NCBI RefSeq assembly: GCF_000015145.1
Contig: NC_008818.1
Location: 120,001 to 152,000 of the forward strand
Reading direction: 5' to 3'
DNA length: 32,000 nucleotides
Source of the DNA: Hyperthermus butylicus DSM 5456
GTDB taxonomy: Archaea; Thermoproteota; Thermoprotei_A; Sulfolobales; Pyrodictiaceae
Shown: piece after piece, positions 8,981 to 17,602 of the stretch
How the letters are laid out: each line of letters starts with the position of its first letter
How positions within the stretch are numbered: the stretch's first letter is position 1
Made by a program: the position numbers and the translations under genes
The notes under the pieces: model-generated
Database searches by the model: none
What the model saw: only the letters and a program-made list of their open reading frames with translations
Told to the model about the DNA's origin: nothing

Positions 8981-9425
8981 TAATAAGGGGTAAACCAGTA
9001 TATACTACGTCAACGCTACGTGATAACCGTTGTTTTCTGTGCTCCTTCCTCCACGTCTTCTATCGCAAACCCGCCTCAATGATACTTCCTCACCAACTTG
9101 CGAGAAGCTGAAAGGAAGATGAAAAGCAGAGCATGGAGTACTTGCAACTGGAACGACTCTAATGACTTTCTAGTAGGATATGCAGCATTCTAGAAGAACT
9201 CCTCTAGTAGCTGAACGGGTATACCAGCTCTACTAGGGCCTCATGGATTTTCTGCTGTCAGCGTCGACGCCTAGCTTCTCTCTAGGTGCTTGTGGAGTGG
9301 TAGTTCACGCTGTTACCATATGTGAATGTTGGAACATTGGCGGTATTCCATTTATCATGCAGTGATCGTGGTATATGTGTAGTAGGCTAAGCGCTCTTAT
9401 CTTGTTAAGTCTAACCTGACTGGAC

Positions 9426-9614
9426 TTGGGTGGAAATATGCCGAACATTTTTCTCGGTTTTGCCGGCGGGGTTTTATTGGCGGTAATTGTGCTAGCTCAG
9501 CTTCTTGGCATAAGCCTGGGCAGGCACAGGGTTAGAGGGGCTGCTCGGGGTGAGGTACTGTTTCTGCTGCTACTCTTTCTGCTAGGGGTGCTTGTGGCTG
9601 TAATGAAGCGGTAG
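9426..9614 (+). CDS. Small membrane protein, two predicted hydrophobic helices
   Basis: 62 aa: MGGNMPNIFLGFAGGVLLAVIVLAQLLGI...GEVLFLLLLFLLGVLVAVMKR. Confidence 0.4.
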   Translation: MGGNMPNIFLGFAGGVLLAVIVLAQLLGISLGRHRVRGAARGEVLFLLLLFLLGVLVAVMKR

Positions 9615-10138
9615 GGCTGCTTGAGGCAAGTGCACCCGAAGTCTTTAGGGCTGCTATATCCGTTGCTATCTTCGCTGTAGCAGTGGCAACTACATATTTG
9701 AGATACGTTAAGGCAAGACCTGTGTGAAAGATTAATGTATGTCCTATGACTGTCTTCATTTAAAGTCTGTAGATTCGCCACGATAGCATTGGTAATTGTA
9801 ATCACGTCGATACTTGCCGTCTACAAGCACCATGCACTAAAACTATGTAAAATGCTGCATCGCATATTTCCTGACTGCCGTTGAGGTGTAGCTGGAGCGT
9901 AACGCGACCAATCTTCAAAGCGCCTAGCAGCGCTTGCTTTCCATCAACAGCAAACATAGGATGTGAAGCCTTGCTTCACTGTTTAGCCTACTAAGGTCTA
10001 GCTAAGGCTATCAGGAAACGTATAACCTTCAAGAGTTTCGGTACTAACGTACAATTCTATCGTTTCATTTCATTCAACTGTACAATGGAACGATGAATAC
10101 TGCTAGAGGGAATTCGAGAGGAGAGATGTTAGAGGAGT

Positions 10139-10216
10139 TGGTGCCGCGGCCGGGATTTGAACCCGGGTCACGGGCTTGAAAGGCCCGCATACTTGGCCGG
10201 GCTATACTACCGCGGC
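10139..10216 (-). tRNA. tRNA-Glu(TTC), CCA encoded (mature body 10142-10216)
   Basis: Reverse complement GCCGCGGTAGTATAGCCCGGCCAAGTATGCGGGCCTTTCAAGCCCGTGACCCGGGTTCAAATCCCGGCCGCGGCA-CCA; acceptor GCCGCGG/CCGCGGC, anticodon loop CTTTCAA. Confidence 0.95.
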
Positions 10217-10280
10217 ACGCCGCGCAGCTCTCCTCAGCCATGGTGTTAGTGTTAGCTAGCCGGGTGGGGTGGTAAATTCT

Positions 10281-10712
10281 TTACCCGGAGCTGGAGGCTG
10301 GGCCATGTTGACTCTTGATGTATTCTTCGAGGCGTTGCAGGAGTGCTCTTCCGGCTTTCACGGTGTTGTATACTAGTATCGCTGCTGAGGTGGCTGCTGC
10401 TAGTGCTGAGGTGTAGGTGTAGGGTGGCTGTGTAGTGAAGGCTGTTGTTGTATGGGCTAGGAGTAATAGGGTGTAGCCTGCCGAGGCTATCGTGTAGACC
10501 GTATATTCCAGCCTATGCCTCGTGAAGACTATTGCGATGGTGTTGACGCCTATTGAGAGTATGCCTAGCCATGCTGCTATTGTTAGTAGTATGGCGTAGA
10601 GTCCTGCTGCTCCGGGCTCGCCGTGGGCTGGGGCTACGTGGAGGAGTATCGTTAGCAGGGTTATGCCTGTTGCTTCGAGGAGTGCTACGGGGAGCCAGTC
10701 TCCCTTCCTCAT
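10281..10712 (-). CDS. Hypothetical multi-pass membrane protein (about 4 hydrophobic helices)
   Basis: 143 aa ORF, MRKGDWLPVALLEATGITLLTILLHVAP...AAWLGILSIGVNTIAIVF...YTVYTIASAGYTLLLLAHTTTAF... Confidence 0.55.
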   Translation of the reverse strand: MRKGDWLPVALLEATGITLLTILLHVAPAHGEPGAAGLYAILLTIAAWLGILSIGVNTIAIVFTRHRLEYTVYTIASAGYTLLLLAHTTTAFTTQPPYTYTSALAAATSAAILVYNTVKAGRALLQRLEEYIKSQHGPASSSG

Positions 10713-10804
10713 CCTCTAGTCCCTCCCGTGGAGGTTTCTGGTTAGCGGTTTCTCTAACCATGTTCTTTCTTTAATCCTCCCACTTCCCTATTGCTATTGG
10801 GTGT

Positions 10805-12685
10805 TTGAGAGTGAAGGCCTGGGAGGTTGCTAGAAAACCGCGTGTTATAGTTCAGCCGGATACACCGCTAACAGTTGCACGTAGTTTGATGAGGGATAAC
10901 GAGGAGCCTATAGCGGTTATTGTTGAGAGCGAGAAGACGATGAAGTTTGCAGGTTATGTCACGTGGAGGGAGGCTATACAGGTTACAAGTCACTACTCTC
11001 ACCTCCGCGTCAAGGACGCAGCACTCGACTATCCCGTCGCCTACAAGGACGATGACATAGAGGATATCGTGAAGAAGATGGAGGAGGAGAAGGTATACGC
11101 AGTACCGGTCCTCGACTCGCCCGACAACCCTGTAGTAGTTGGTGTTGCAACTATAGCAGATATCGTCAAGGCATTAATGGCAGCTGGGCTAGAGCCGGTA
11201 GCGGAGACAGTGGCGGAGGTTATGACGACGGAGAACCTCGAGGAATACATTACGACGCAGGATGAGAGGGTTAACAGGGTCTGGAGCGACCTGGTCTACC
11301 ACGGCAAGCTCGGCAAGGTGGTTGTGCGTAGCAAGGAGGAGCCGATACCTGTGGGCATTACCTCGCTCCGCGAGTTCATATCGACGGGCCGCTGGTACTT
11401 CCACCGCGAGAGCGAGCGTGGCCTCAAGACTGTGGCCAAGGTCAGGACGATAATGCTCCGTGGTGCACCGGTAGCAACGCCAGAAACGCCAATCGAGTAC
11501 GCTGCCAAGGTCATGGTGGAGAATGATATACCGATACTCCCCGTCATAGACGAGGAGACGGGCAAGCTTGTAGGCGTACTCACGATATACGATGTGGCAA
11601 GAGCCTACATTGAGGGCGCCAAGCCTGGCAGAGTAAAGCCGGCCAAGAAGGCTGCGTTGCCGATAGAGGTTAAGCCCGAGGAGCGCGTAACCTATGTCAC
11701 TGCTGAGACTGTATTGCAGCAGGTGCTTGTTGCTAAGCCGCAGGTTGAAACCCTGATAGGCTTGAGCGCAGCTGACATAGCCCGCGAGGAGCTGCCAGCA
11801 ATAACGATAAACGACACCGTGGAGCATGCACGCCGCATGATGATAAGGTACCGGACCAACTACCTCCTGGTAGTGGATGAGAGAGGCCAGATAGTAGGCG
11901 TTGTAACTAAGTGGGGCATGCTCCGTGCCATAGCCCTCAAGGGCCCGATCTGGAAGAGGAGGGTGCACGACCGCTACTTCATAGACTACGTGATGGACAC
12001 TGAGATACCGAGAGTAAAAGCTGACGATAGCATAGAGCAGGTAGCGCTGAAGATGGTTGAGGCTAAGGCCGAGCTTGTAATAGTAGAGGACGAGCAGGGC
12101 CGCCCCGTCGGTTTCATCACGAAGGACGACCTTGTGGACGCCTATGCGAGGCTACAGGCTGGCCGCGCCAAGGTAGAAAACATAATGACTCCAAGCAGGA
12201 TAGGCATTGTGCATCCACACCACAGTCTATACCACGCAGTGAAGAAGATGCAGACATTCTACCTTGACGCCCTAACAGTGTATGATGGCTCCAGGATCGT
12301 GGGCGTGATCTCGGCTAACAGGCTGCCATTCGTAGCCTACGAGGACGCTGTGACTGGCATTAAGAGCCGCCGCCTGGTATGGGTACGCAAGCTAGTCAAG
12401 GGCGCAGCCAAGAGGGGCCGCTACGTAAAGGTAACACCGCTACTAGTCATAGATGCTACCGTGCCACTACACGACGTATACGTTAAGACCAGCGACGACG
12501 TAGTCAGGGCTATAGAGCTGATGAAGGAGCACAATGTTGATGGTATACCAGTAGTAGACGAGGAGGGCAAGGTTGTAGGTATAGTAACAAAGACGGACAT
12601 CGTGAGAGAGCTAGCGAGGACAGCGAAGCTCCGCCTAGAGCGCGGCGTAACAGTGAAGATAGAGAAGAAGCCGGAAGCCAAGTAG
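10805..12685 (+). CDS. Stand-alone tandem CBS-domain protein (about eight CBS motifs, four Bateman modules)
   Basis: 626 aa; repeated CBS signatures such as VIVQPDTPLTVARSLM, VMTTENLEEYI, TIMLRGAPVATPETPIEYAAKVMVENDIPILPVIDEETGKLVGVLTIYDV, VMDTEIPRVKADDSIEQVALKM, NIMTPSRIGIVHPHHSL, VYVKTSDDVVRAIELMKEHNVDGIPVVDEEGKVVGIVTKTDI; no fused enzymatic or transporter domain visible. Confidence 0.88.
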   Translation: MRVKAWEVARKPRVIVQPDTPLTVARSLMRDNEEPIAVIVESEKTMKFAGYVTWREAIQVTSHYSHLRVKDAALDYPVAYKDDDIEDIVKKMEEEKVYAVPVLDSPDNPVVVGVATIADIVKALMAAGLEPVAETVAEVMTTENLEEYITTQDERVNRVWSDLVYHGKLGKVVVRSKEEPIPVGITSLREFISTGRWYFHRESERGLKTVAKVRTIMLRGAPVATPETPIEYAAKVMVENDIPILPVIDEETGKLVGVLTIYDVARAYIEGAKPGRVKPAKKAALPIEVKPEERVTYVTAETVLQQVLVAKPQVETLIGLSAADIAREELPAITINDTVEHARRMMIRYRTNYLLVVDERGQIVGVVTKWGMLRAIALKGPIWKRRVHDRYFIDYVMDTEIPRVKADDSIEQVALKMVEAKAELVIVEDEQGRPVGFITKDDLVDAYARLQAGRAKVENIMTPSRIGIVHPHHSLYHAVKKMQTFYLDALTVYDGSRIVGVISANRLPFVAYEDAVTGIKSRRLVWVRKLVKGAAKRGRYVKVTPLLVIDATVPLHDVYVKTSDDVVRAIELMKEHNVDGIPVVDEEGKVVGIVTKTDIVRELARTAKLRLERGVTVKIEKKPEAK

Positions 12686-12856
12686 AGATGAGGTTGTACA
12701 TTATCTTCCTTTTTAGCCGATAATACTGATAAGATCCGCATTGTGGCAAGTTGAGCCTTACGGTCGTGGCCCGTAGAAGCTCTCCACTCCTTCCTAAGGG
12801 CTTACAAGCTCGTATGCATAGCATAATCGTTGCTACCTCGTAAGAATTATTAATAG

Positions 12857-13560
12857 TTGCTCATCGTCTTGGTGTCTGCACGGGTCGGAGAGGAGCGCGG
12901 CTTGGAGGCTTGCCTTGCTAGCAGCCTCCTCTTCTACCTTGGACTGTCAATCCTTATTGACGGTATTCTTGTCGTAGTGGTGTCTATGAGGAGACTATGC
13001 AGAGCTAGCTTTAGGATAGCGGATGGCAAGCTCCTAGTCCACCTGGGGCGCTGTGGCAGGCTCGAGATCCCCCTAGGCTCCATATCGTCTGTGGAGATTG
13101 TAGAAAAGCTGGGCCCCGGGATCAGGCTTGGGGCACAGCTATACCCAAGCTATTCTACTCTGGGCTCTTCTGCTTCCGCGATATTGGCAAGGCGCTAGTG
13201 TATGCTGACAGGCCCGAAAACCTTCTCCTGATAGAGACCCGGGACGGGCAGAGAATACTGTTAGGGTATGATGCTGTGAAGCTGAAGGACCTGCTGGAAC
13301 GGATGGCAGGCAATGGCCCCTCGGGAGAGACGAGAATGATACTATATACTATACAACGGCCGGACCTTCGTATAGCGCTAGCACTATACGTTGCAGCCCT
13401 AGCCGTTGCCGTGGCTGCTGCAGTCCTGCTTCCCGCCAAGATTGTGTTCTTAGGAGAAGCCATGACTAAGGGAGAAGCGCTCGTGATAGCACTGGTTATC
13501 GCTGCAACAGGAATTACAGATATAGCAATATTCTACGCTCTTCTACGCTCTCAGCCATGA
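12857..13560 (+). CDS. PH-like (bacterial/archaeal PH domain) membrane protein, split into two ORFs (12857..13198 and 13198..13560) by an apparent 1-nt frameshift
   Basis: Frame 2 gives ...FRIADGKLLVHLGRCGRLEIPLGSISSVEIVEKLGPGIRLG; continuing in frame 1 from about 13131 gives GTAIPKLFYSGLFCFRDIGKALVYADRPENLLLIETRDGQRILLGYDAVKLKDLLERM followed by a TM pair. The join restores a full PH-like domain. Confidence 0.6.
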
Positions 13561-13952
13561 CGACCCAACACTCCCTCTAGTAGCACTCCCAATCGGCTTA
13601 AGTAGGCTTCTCATGGTACTCTCCGTACTAGTCGCTGGCCTCACCTGTCCCGCGGCATAGCTGACCCAGCTCTAGCACATGGCGCTGTCTGTACACAACG
13701 ATGCCGCAATACATGAAGTCATGGCACTTCTTCTAACCTGAAACCAGGGCATGCTATATGCAATAGCTTCTTGGAGGGCGTAAATAGATCCAAATTATGT
13801 CGAAGTATGCAGCTCTTGGCCTTCCGGTACTTCGCATTCTACACTGGTTTACGGTAGAAGAGGTGGTTAGGCCTCTCTAGCTGGCATAGGTGCTGTGTGG
13901 AGGAAGCCAATACTATCTTACAGTTTTACTCCTCACCCTACTGGTGTGGATG

Positions 13953-14231
13953 GATGTGCCTGGTAAGGTAAAGACGAACATCATGGTTGACCGGGAGTTG
14001 TGGGAGGCGTTTAAGAGGAAGATTGTATCCGAGAGGGGGCCTCGGTTTCTTAGCAGTGCGGTAGAAGAGGCGTTGGAGGAGGAGCTAGCAGAACTCTTTC
14101 TCCTCAAAGCCCTGGACAGCCTCGACGTTCCGGGTGATGTTGAGGCTCCTCCAAGTGTGGTGCGTGTAAGGCTACGAGTTGCTACAAGGGCGGAGGATGT
14201 GGTGAGGGAGCTGAGGGAGGGAAGGTATTGA
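13953..14231 (+). CDS. VapB-like antitoxin/ribbon-helix-helix-type protein
   Basis: Likely start ATG 13953: MDVPGKVKTNIMVDRELWEAFKRKIVSERGPRFLSSAVEEALEEELAELFLLKALDSL...; immediately upstream of and overlapping a PIN-domain gene. Confidence 0.6.
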   Translation, partial: DVPGKVKTNIMVDRELWEAFKRKIVSERGPRFLSSAVEEALEEELAELFLLKALDSLDVPGDVEAPPSVVRVRLRVATRAEDVVRELREGRY

Positions 14232-14682
14232 GGGTATACCTTGACTCGAGCGCCATAGTGAAGCGGTATATTGAGGAGGATGGAAGCGAAACTGTAGCAG
14301 AGTTCTACGAGAAGGCATTGGATGGCGAGATAACACTTGCATTCTCAATATGGAATGTAGGCGAGGTTCTAGGCGTCCTGGACAAGTATCTGGCTCGTGG
14401 CTGGATATCACGTAGCGAGTACAACACGGCTCTGGCCAGCTTCAGGAGGGAAACCAAGAGGCTTATACGCCTGGGAATACTCAAAGTGGTGCTTGTGAAG
14501 AATCGTCTCCTAGCCTCCTCTTGAGGCTAGTCCTCCGGCACCACATTTACGTAGCGGATGCGCTGCAGATAGTCTCTGCACGGTATGCCCAGGCAGATCT
14601 GCTTGCTACTGGGGATAAGAGGCTAGGCCAGGTTGCCGCAGCGGAGGGTGTTAAAGCGCTTGTACTAGCAGCCGAGAACTAG
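14228..14682 (+). CDS. VapC-like PIN-domain toxin, interrupted by an apparent 1-nt frameshift near 14521
   Basis: ORF 14228..14524 MRVYLDSSAIVKRYIEEDGSETVAEFYEKAL...FSIWNVGEVLGVLDKYL...; the -1 frame from 14521 continues LRLVLRHHIYVADALQIVSARYAQADLLATGDKRLGQVAAAEGVKALVLAAEN, stop 14680-14682, supplying the C-terminal PIN acidic residues (HHIYVADALQ, LLATGDKRL). Confidence 0.7.
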
Positions 14683-14995
14683 CTGGGGATAGGTACGGCC
14701 GGTACCGTAAACATGTAGGTAGTGGTACTTGTGGCTGGCATGTAGGCTGTAGAGGGATACATATCTATCCGTAGGTCCTTGTGTAGCATTCTATGCTCGG
14801 GGATGAGCGAAACCACCGACACTGAGATAGGCCTGGCCACAGCTCTATAGCTAACGCCTGGCTTCAGCTGGGCTGCAGTGCTGAAGCCCAGCGATTGCGA
14901 CCCTCTTGCTCCGTCTTGAGACGCTCGTTGGGTTCGAGTTCAAGTGTAATAGTTGCTCTTCCCTATTGATCTCACTGCCTTAGGCATGGGGGTGG

Positions 14996-15748
14996 TTGAT
15001 GCTGGCTCCGAGGCTGGCTGTACTGCTGGCAGCAGGTCTAGGTACGAGGCTTGGTGGTAAGCCCAAGCCGCTACTACGGGTTGCTGGTAGGCCGCTGGCA
15101 TGGTATCCGCTTAGCGTACTACACCTAGCGGGGGCAAGGGAGGCCTGTATAGTTACGAGGAGCGAGATCGCTGACGAGCTGAGGGGGCTTGCATCCTCAA
15201 TATATGGTGGTGGCAGCGTCACCGTCGTCGTTAACCCTGAGCCCGAGAGGGAGAACGGATATAGCCTCCTACTAGCAGCAACGGAGTGCCCGTTATTGGT
15301 CAGCGAGCCAGCCTACGTAAGTATGACTGACCACATATACTCGCCGCTGATACCGGTAAGGGCTGGCTACAGCGTACAGACCGGCTACTATATGATAGCT
15401 GGCGACTCTGAGCCCTGCTGCATAGACATCGACGAGGCGACGTTTGTGAAGGCAGTACTTCCACGGGGCTACGATGTTGGTAAGGGGATAGCCTGGTGGA
15501 CCCATGTTGACACGGGCGTTCACGTCTATGCGCTCGACTCTTCTGAGCTACAAGCAGTTGCAGCGGGCGAGTACACTGTGAAGCTTAACACTATAACTTC
15601 GAGGCTTGCACAGCGGGGCAGGCTACTCGTAGCAGACGTCTCGTGCCTCCCCTGGACTGAGATAGATACGCCGAGGGACCTGGAGGAGGCTGAGAGGGGT
15701 CAGCGTAGGTGGGTGATAAGGCATGTCGAAGAGTGGCTCCGCAGTTAG
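14996..15748 (+). CDS. Sugar/inositol-phosphate nucleotidyltransferase, candidate CTP:inositol-1-phosphate cytidylyltransferase
   Basis: N-terminal LAVLLAAGLGTRLGGKPKPLLRVAGRPL nucleotidyltransferase signature; overlaps by about 26 nt a CDP-alcohol phosphotransferase gene, the pairing known for IPCT/DIPPS. Confidence 0.75.
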   Translation: MMLAPRLAVLLAAGLGTRLGGKPKPLLRVAGRPLAWYPLSVLHLAGAREACIVTRSEIADELRGLASSIYGGGSVTVVVNPEPERENGYSLLLAATECPLLVSEPAYVSMTDHIYSPLIPVRAGYSVQTGYYMIAGDSEPCCIDIDEATFVKAVLPRGYDVGKGIAWWTHVDTGVHVYALDSSELQAVAAGEYTVKLNTITSRLAQRGRLLVADVSCLPWTEIDTPRDLEEAERGQRRWVIRHVEEWLRS

Positions 15749-16382
15749 CTTTGCCAAGCCAACGGACGGCATCATATCGAGAACCATTAACCGGAAGATA
15801 TCAGCGAGGATAACAATGTGGCTCGCATCGTGGAGGAGACCACCGAGCCCCGACACGGTGAGCGTCATAGCAGGGGTCATGGTTGCAGCTGGCGGCTTAG
15901 GCTTCGCTGCTGGCTACCCCTGGCTTGGCGGTATACTAGCCCAGCTCGGCAGCATACTCGACGGGGTCGACGGGGAGATAGCAAGGGTCCTAGGCCGCCA
16001 GAGCAAGGCAGGAGCACTCTTCGACACTGTACTAGATAGGCTAGCTGATATAGTACTACTCCTCGGCATGGTCCTAGCCGTAGCGGAAACACTAGACCCC
16101 ATACTGGCTGTTACGGTTGCACTAGCAGCTATAACGGGAGACCTCATGGTGTCATACATTCACGCCTTTGGCGAGAAGGTAGCCGGCAGGCACCCTGTAC
16201 TCATAGGGAGGATACCGGGCATAGCAAGCCGCGACGTGAGGCTCTTCACGGTCTTCATAGCAGGGCTGCTAGGCAGACCCCTAGAAGGCCTCATAACTGT
16301 CGCACTGCTCGGCCATACATATACTGTTGCTAAGACTGTTGAACTAATAAAGTACCTTGATCAAGGTGGGAGACCGCGCTGA
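15723..16382 (+). CDS. CDP-alcohol phosphatidyltransferase family protein, candidate di-myo-inositol-phosphate-phosphate synthase
   Basis: Family motif LDGVDGEIARVLGRQSKAGALFDTVLDR (DGxxAR...G...D...D type); multi-TM. Confidence 0.78.
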   Translation: MSKSGSAVSFAKPTDGIISRTINRKISARITMWLASWRRPPSPDTVSVIAGVMVAAGGLGFAAGYPWLGGILAQLGSILDGVDGEIARVLGRQSKAGALFDTVLDRLADIVLLLGMVLAVAETLDPILAVTVALAAITGDLMVSYIHAFGEKVAGRHPVLIGRIPGIASRDVRLFTVFIAGLLGRPLEGLITVALLGHTYTVAKTVELIKYLDQGGRPR

Positions 16383-16430
16383 ATTATAACCTCAAACCAT
16401 AAACAATAGTGGTGGAGGCGAAACAAGACC

Positions 16431-17168
16431 ATGAGCGAGTTACGCAGAAAAGCCCTCGAGATTATCGAGCAAGCCCTGCGCGAGGGCCGCAGCAAGCTCC
16501 TCGAGCATGAAGCACTAGCGGTAGCAGAACTCTATGGCGTACCCGTAGCTGGCTACGGCCTCGCACGCAACGAAGACGAAGCTGTAGAGGCAGCCGAAAG
16601 GATAGGCTACCCAGTAGTCCTCAAGATTGTTAGCCCAGACATAGTCCACAAGAGTGACGTAGGGGGCGTCATAGTAGGCCTGGAAAAACCTGAAGACGTA
16701 AAGAAAGCCTACAACGAGATCATCGAGAACGTAAAGAGGCATGCTCCCAACGCGAGAATAGTAGGAGTACTAGTCCAGAAGATGGCACCCAAGGGTGCGG
16801 TAGAAGTTATAGTTGGAGGTCTACGCGACCCAGTCTTCGGCCCAACAATAATGTTCGGCCTAGGTGGCATATTCGTAGAGGTGTTCCGTGATGTAAGCTT
16901 CCGCGTGGCACCCTTCACAGAGCGCGATGCAGAGGAAATGATAAACGAGATCAAAGCCTCAAAGATACTAAAGGGCTACAGAAACCTGCCCCCCAGGGAC
17001 ATCAAGGCATTAATCAAGGTGATAATGGCGGCACAGAAGCTAATGGTGGAAAACCCTGAGATACGAGAACTAGACCTAAACCCAGTCCTAAGCTACCCAG
17101 ACAGTGCAATAACAGTGGATGCAAGAATAATAGTTGGGAGAGAAGAGCACAGTGAGGAGCACCACTAA
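16431..17168 (+). CDS. ADP-forming acetyl-CoA/acyl-CoA synthetase, ATP-grasp (beta) subunit
   Basis: VLKIVSPDIVHKSDVGGVIVGL, VLVQKMAPKGAVEVIVGGLRDPVFGPTIMFGLGGIFVEVFRDVSFRVAPF, ELDLNPVL: characteristic of the beta subunit. Confidence 0.9.
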   Translation: MSELRRKALEIIEQALREGRSKLLEHEALAVAELYGVPVAGYGLARNEDEAVEAAERIGYPVVLKIVSPDIVHKSDVGGVIVGLEKPEDVKKAYNEIIENVKRHAPNARIVGVLVQKMAPKGAVEVIVGGLRDPVFGPTIMFGLGGIFVEVFRDVSFRVAPFTERDAEEMINEIKASKILKGYRNLPPRDIKALIKVIMAAQKLMVENPEIRELDLNPVLSYPDSAITVDARIIVGREEHSEEHH

Positions 17169-17602
17169 CAACTCTCTCCGTTGACGGTGGTTGGTTTTAA
17201 CACTCCCTTAGTTAGGCACCACCAACTCCTCCCATTTACAGGCTGGAACCACACAGTAGTAGCCATGGCGGCCCCTCTTTCCCATAGAGGTGCCATGTAG
17301 CTGTCCCGTGGTCGGCACTGCCTGGAGCTGGGGTGGACATGGGAGGCTCTCGTTAGCGGGAACCGTGGAAGTCTGTTGTCTGCAAAAGTTTACAGCAAAG
17401 AAGGCTCGTGTAAGAATGAGCGTTGTGGATAGTACTAGGACTCAGCTGGTATTCGGAACCAGTGTATGGATCGGGTTTACAAGCGAGGATGAACGTGGAG
17501 CTGAGAGGCTCCTCGGGCGGCTCCTCTAGCAGTACAGCCGGAGTGTCCATGGAGAGGAGCCAGCGTCTCCGTAAAAAACGGAATTGATTAGTCTTTTTGG
17601 GT

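Noticed and set aside
10139-10216. tRNA-Glu as an integration site of a mobile element
   Set aside because: No integrase ORF and no repeated tRNA 3' fragment (att site) were found in the window, so no element is called.
11189-11968. 259-aa antisense ORF within the CBS protein gene
   Set aside because: It is the mirror of a strongly supported CBS coding frame, and its composition is that of an antisense artefact. The same applies to 26908-27513, 20655-21005, 7627-8202 and the other overlapping ORFs in the track.
14798-14830. Possible C/D box sRNA (ggatgagcg...cactgag)
   Set aside because: The C box is imperfect and no convincing C'/D' pair with proper spacing was found.
17290-17529. 79-aa + strand ORF between the acyl-CoA synthetase subunit and malic enzyme
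   Set aside because: The N-terminal half looks random. Only the last ~37 aa (MSVVDSTRTQLVFGTSVWIGFTSEDERGAERLLGRLL from 17416) could be a real micro-ORF or a remnant, and I have no supporting homology.
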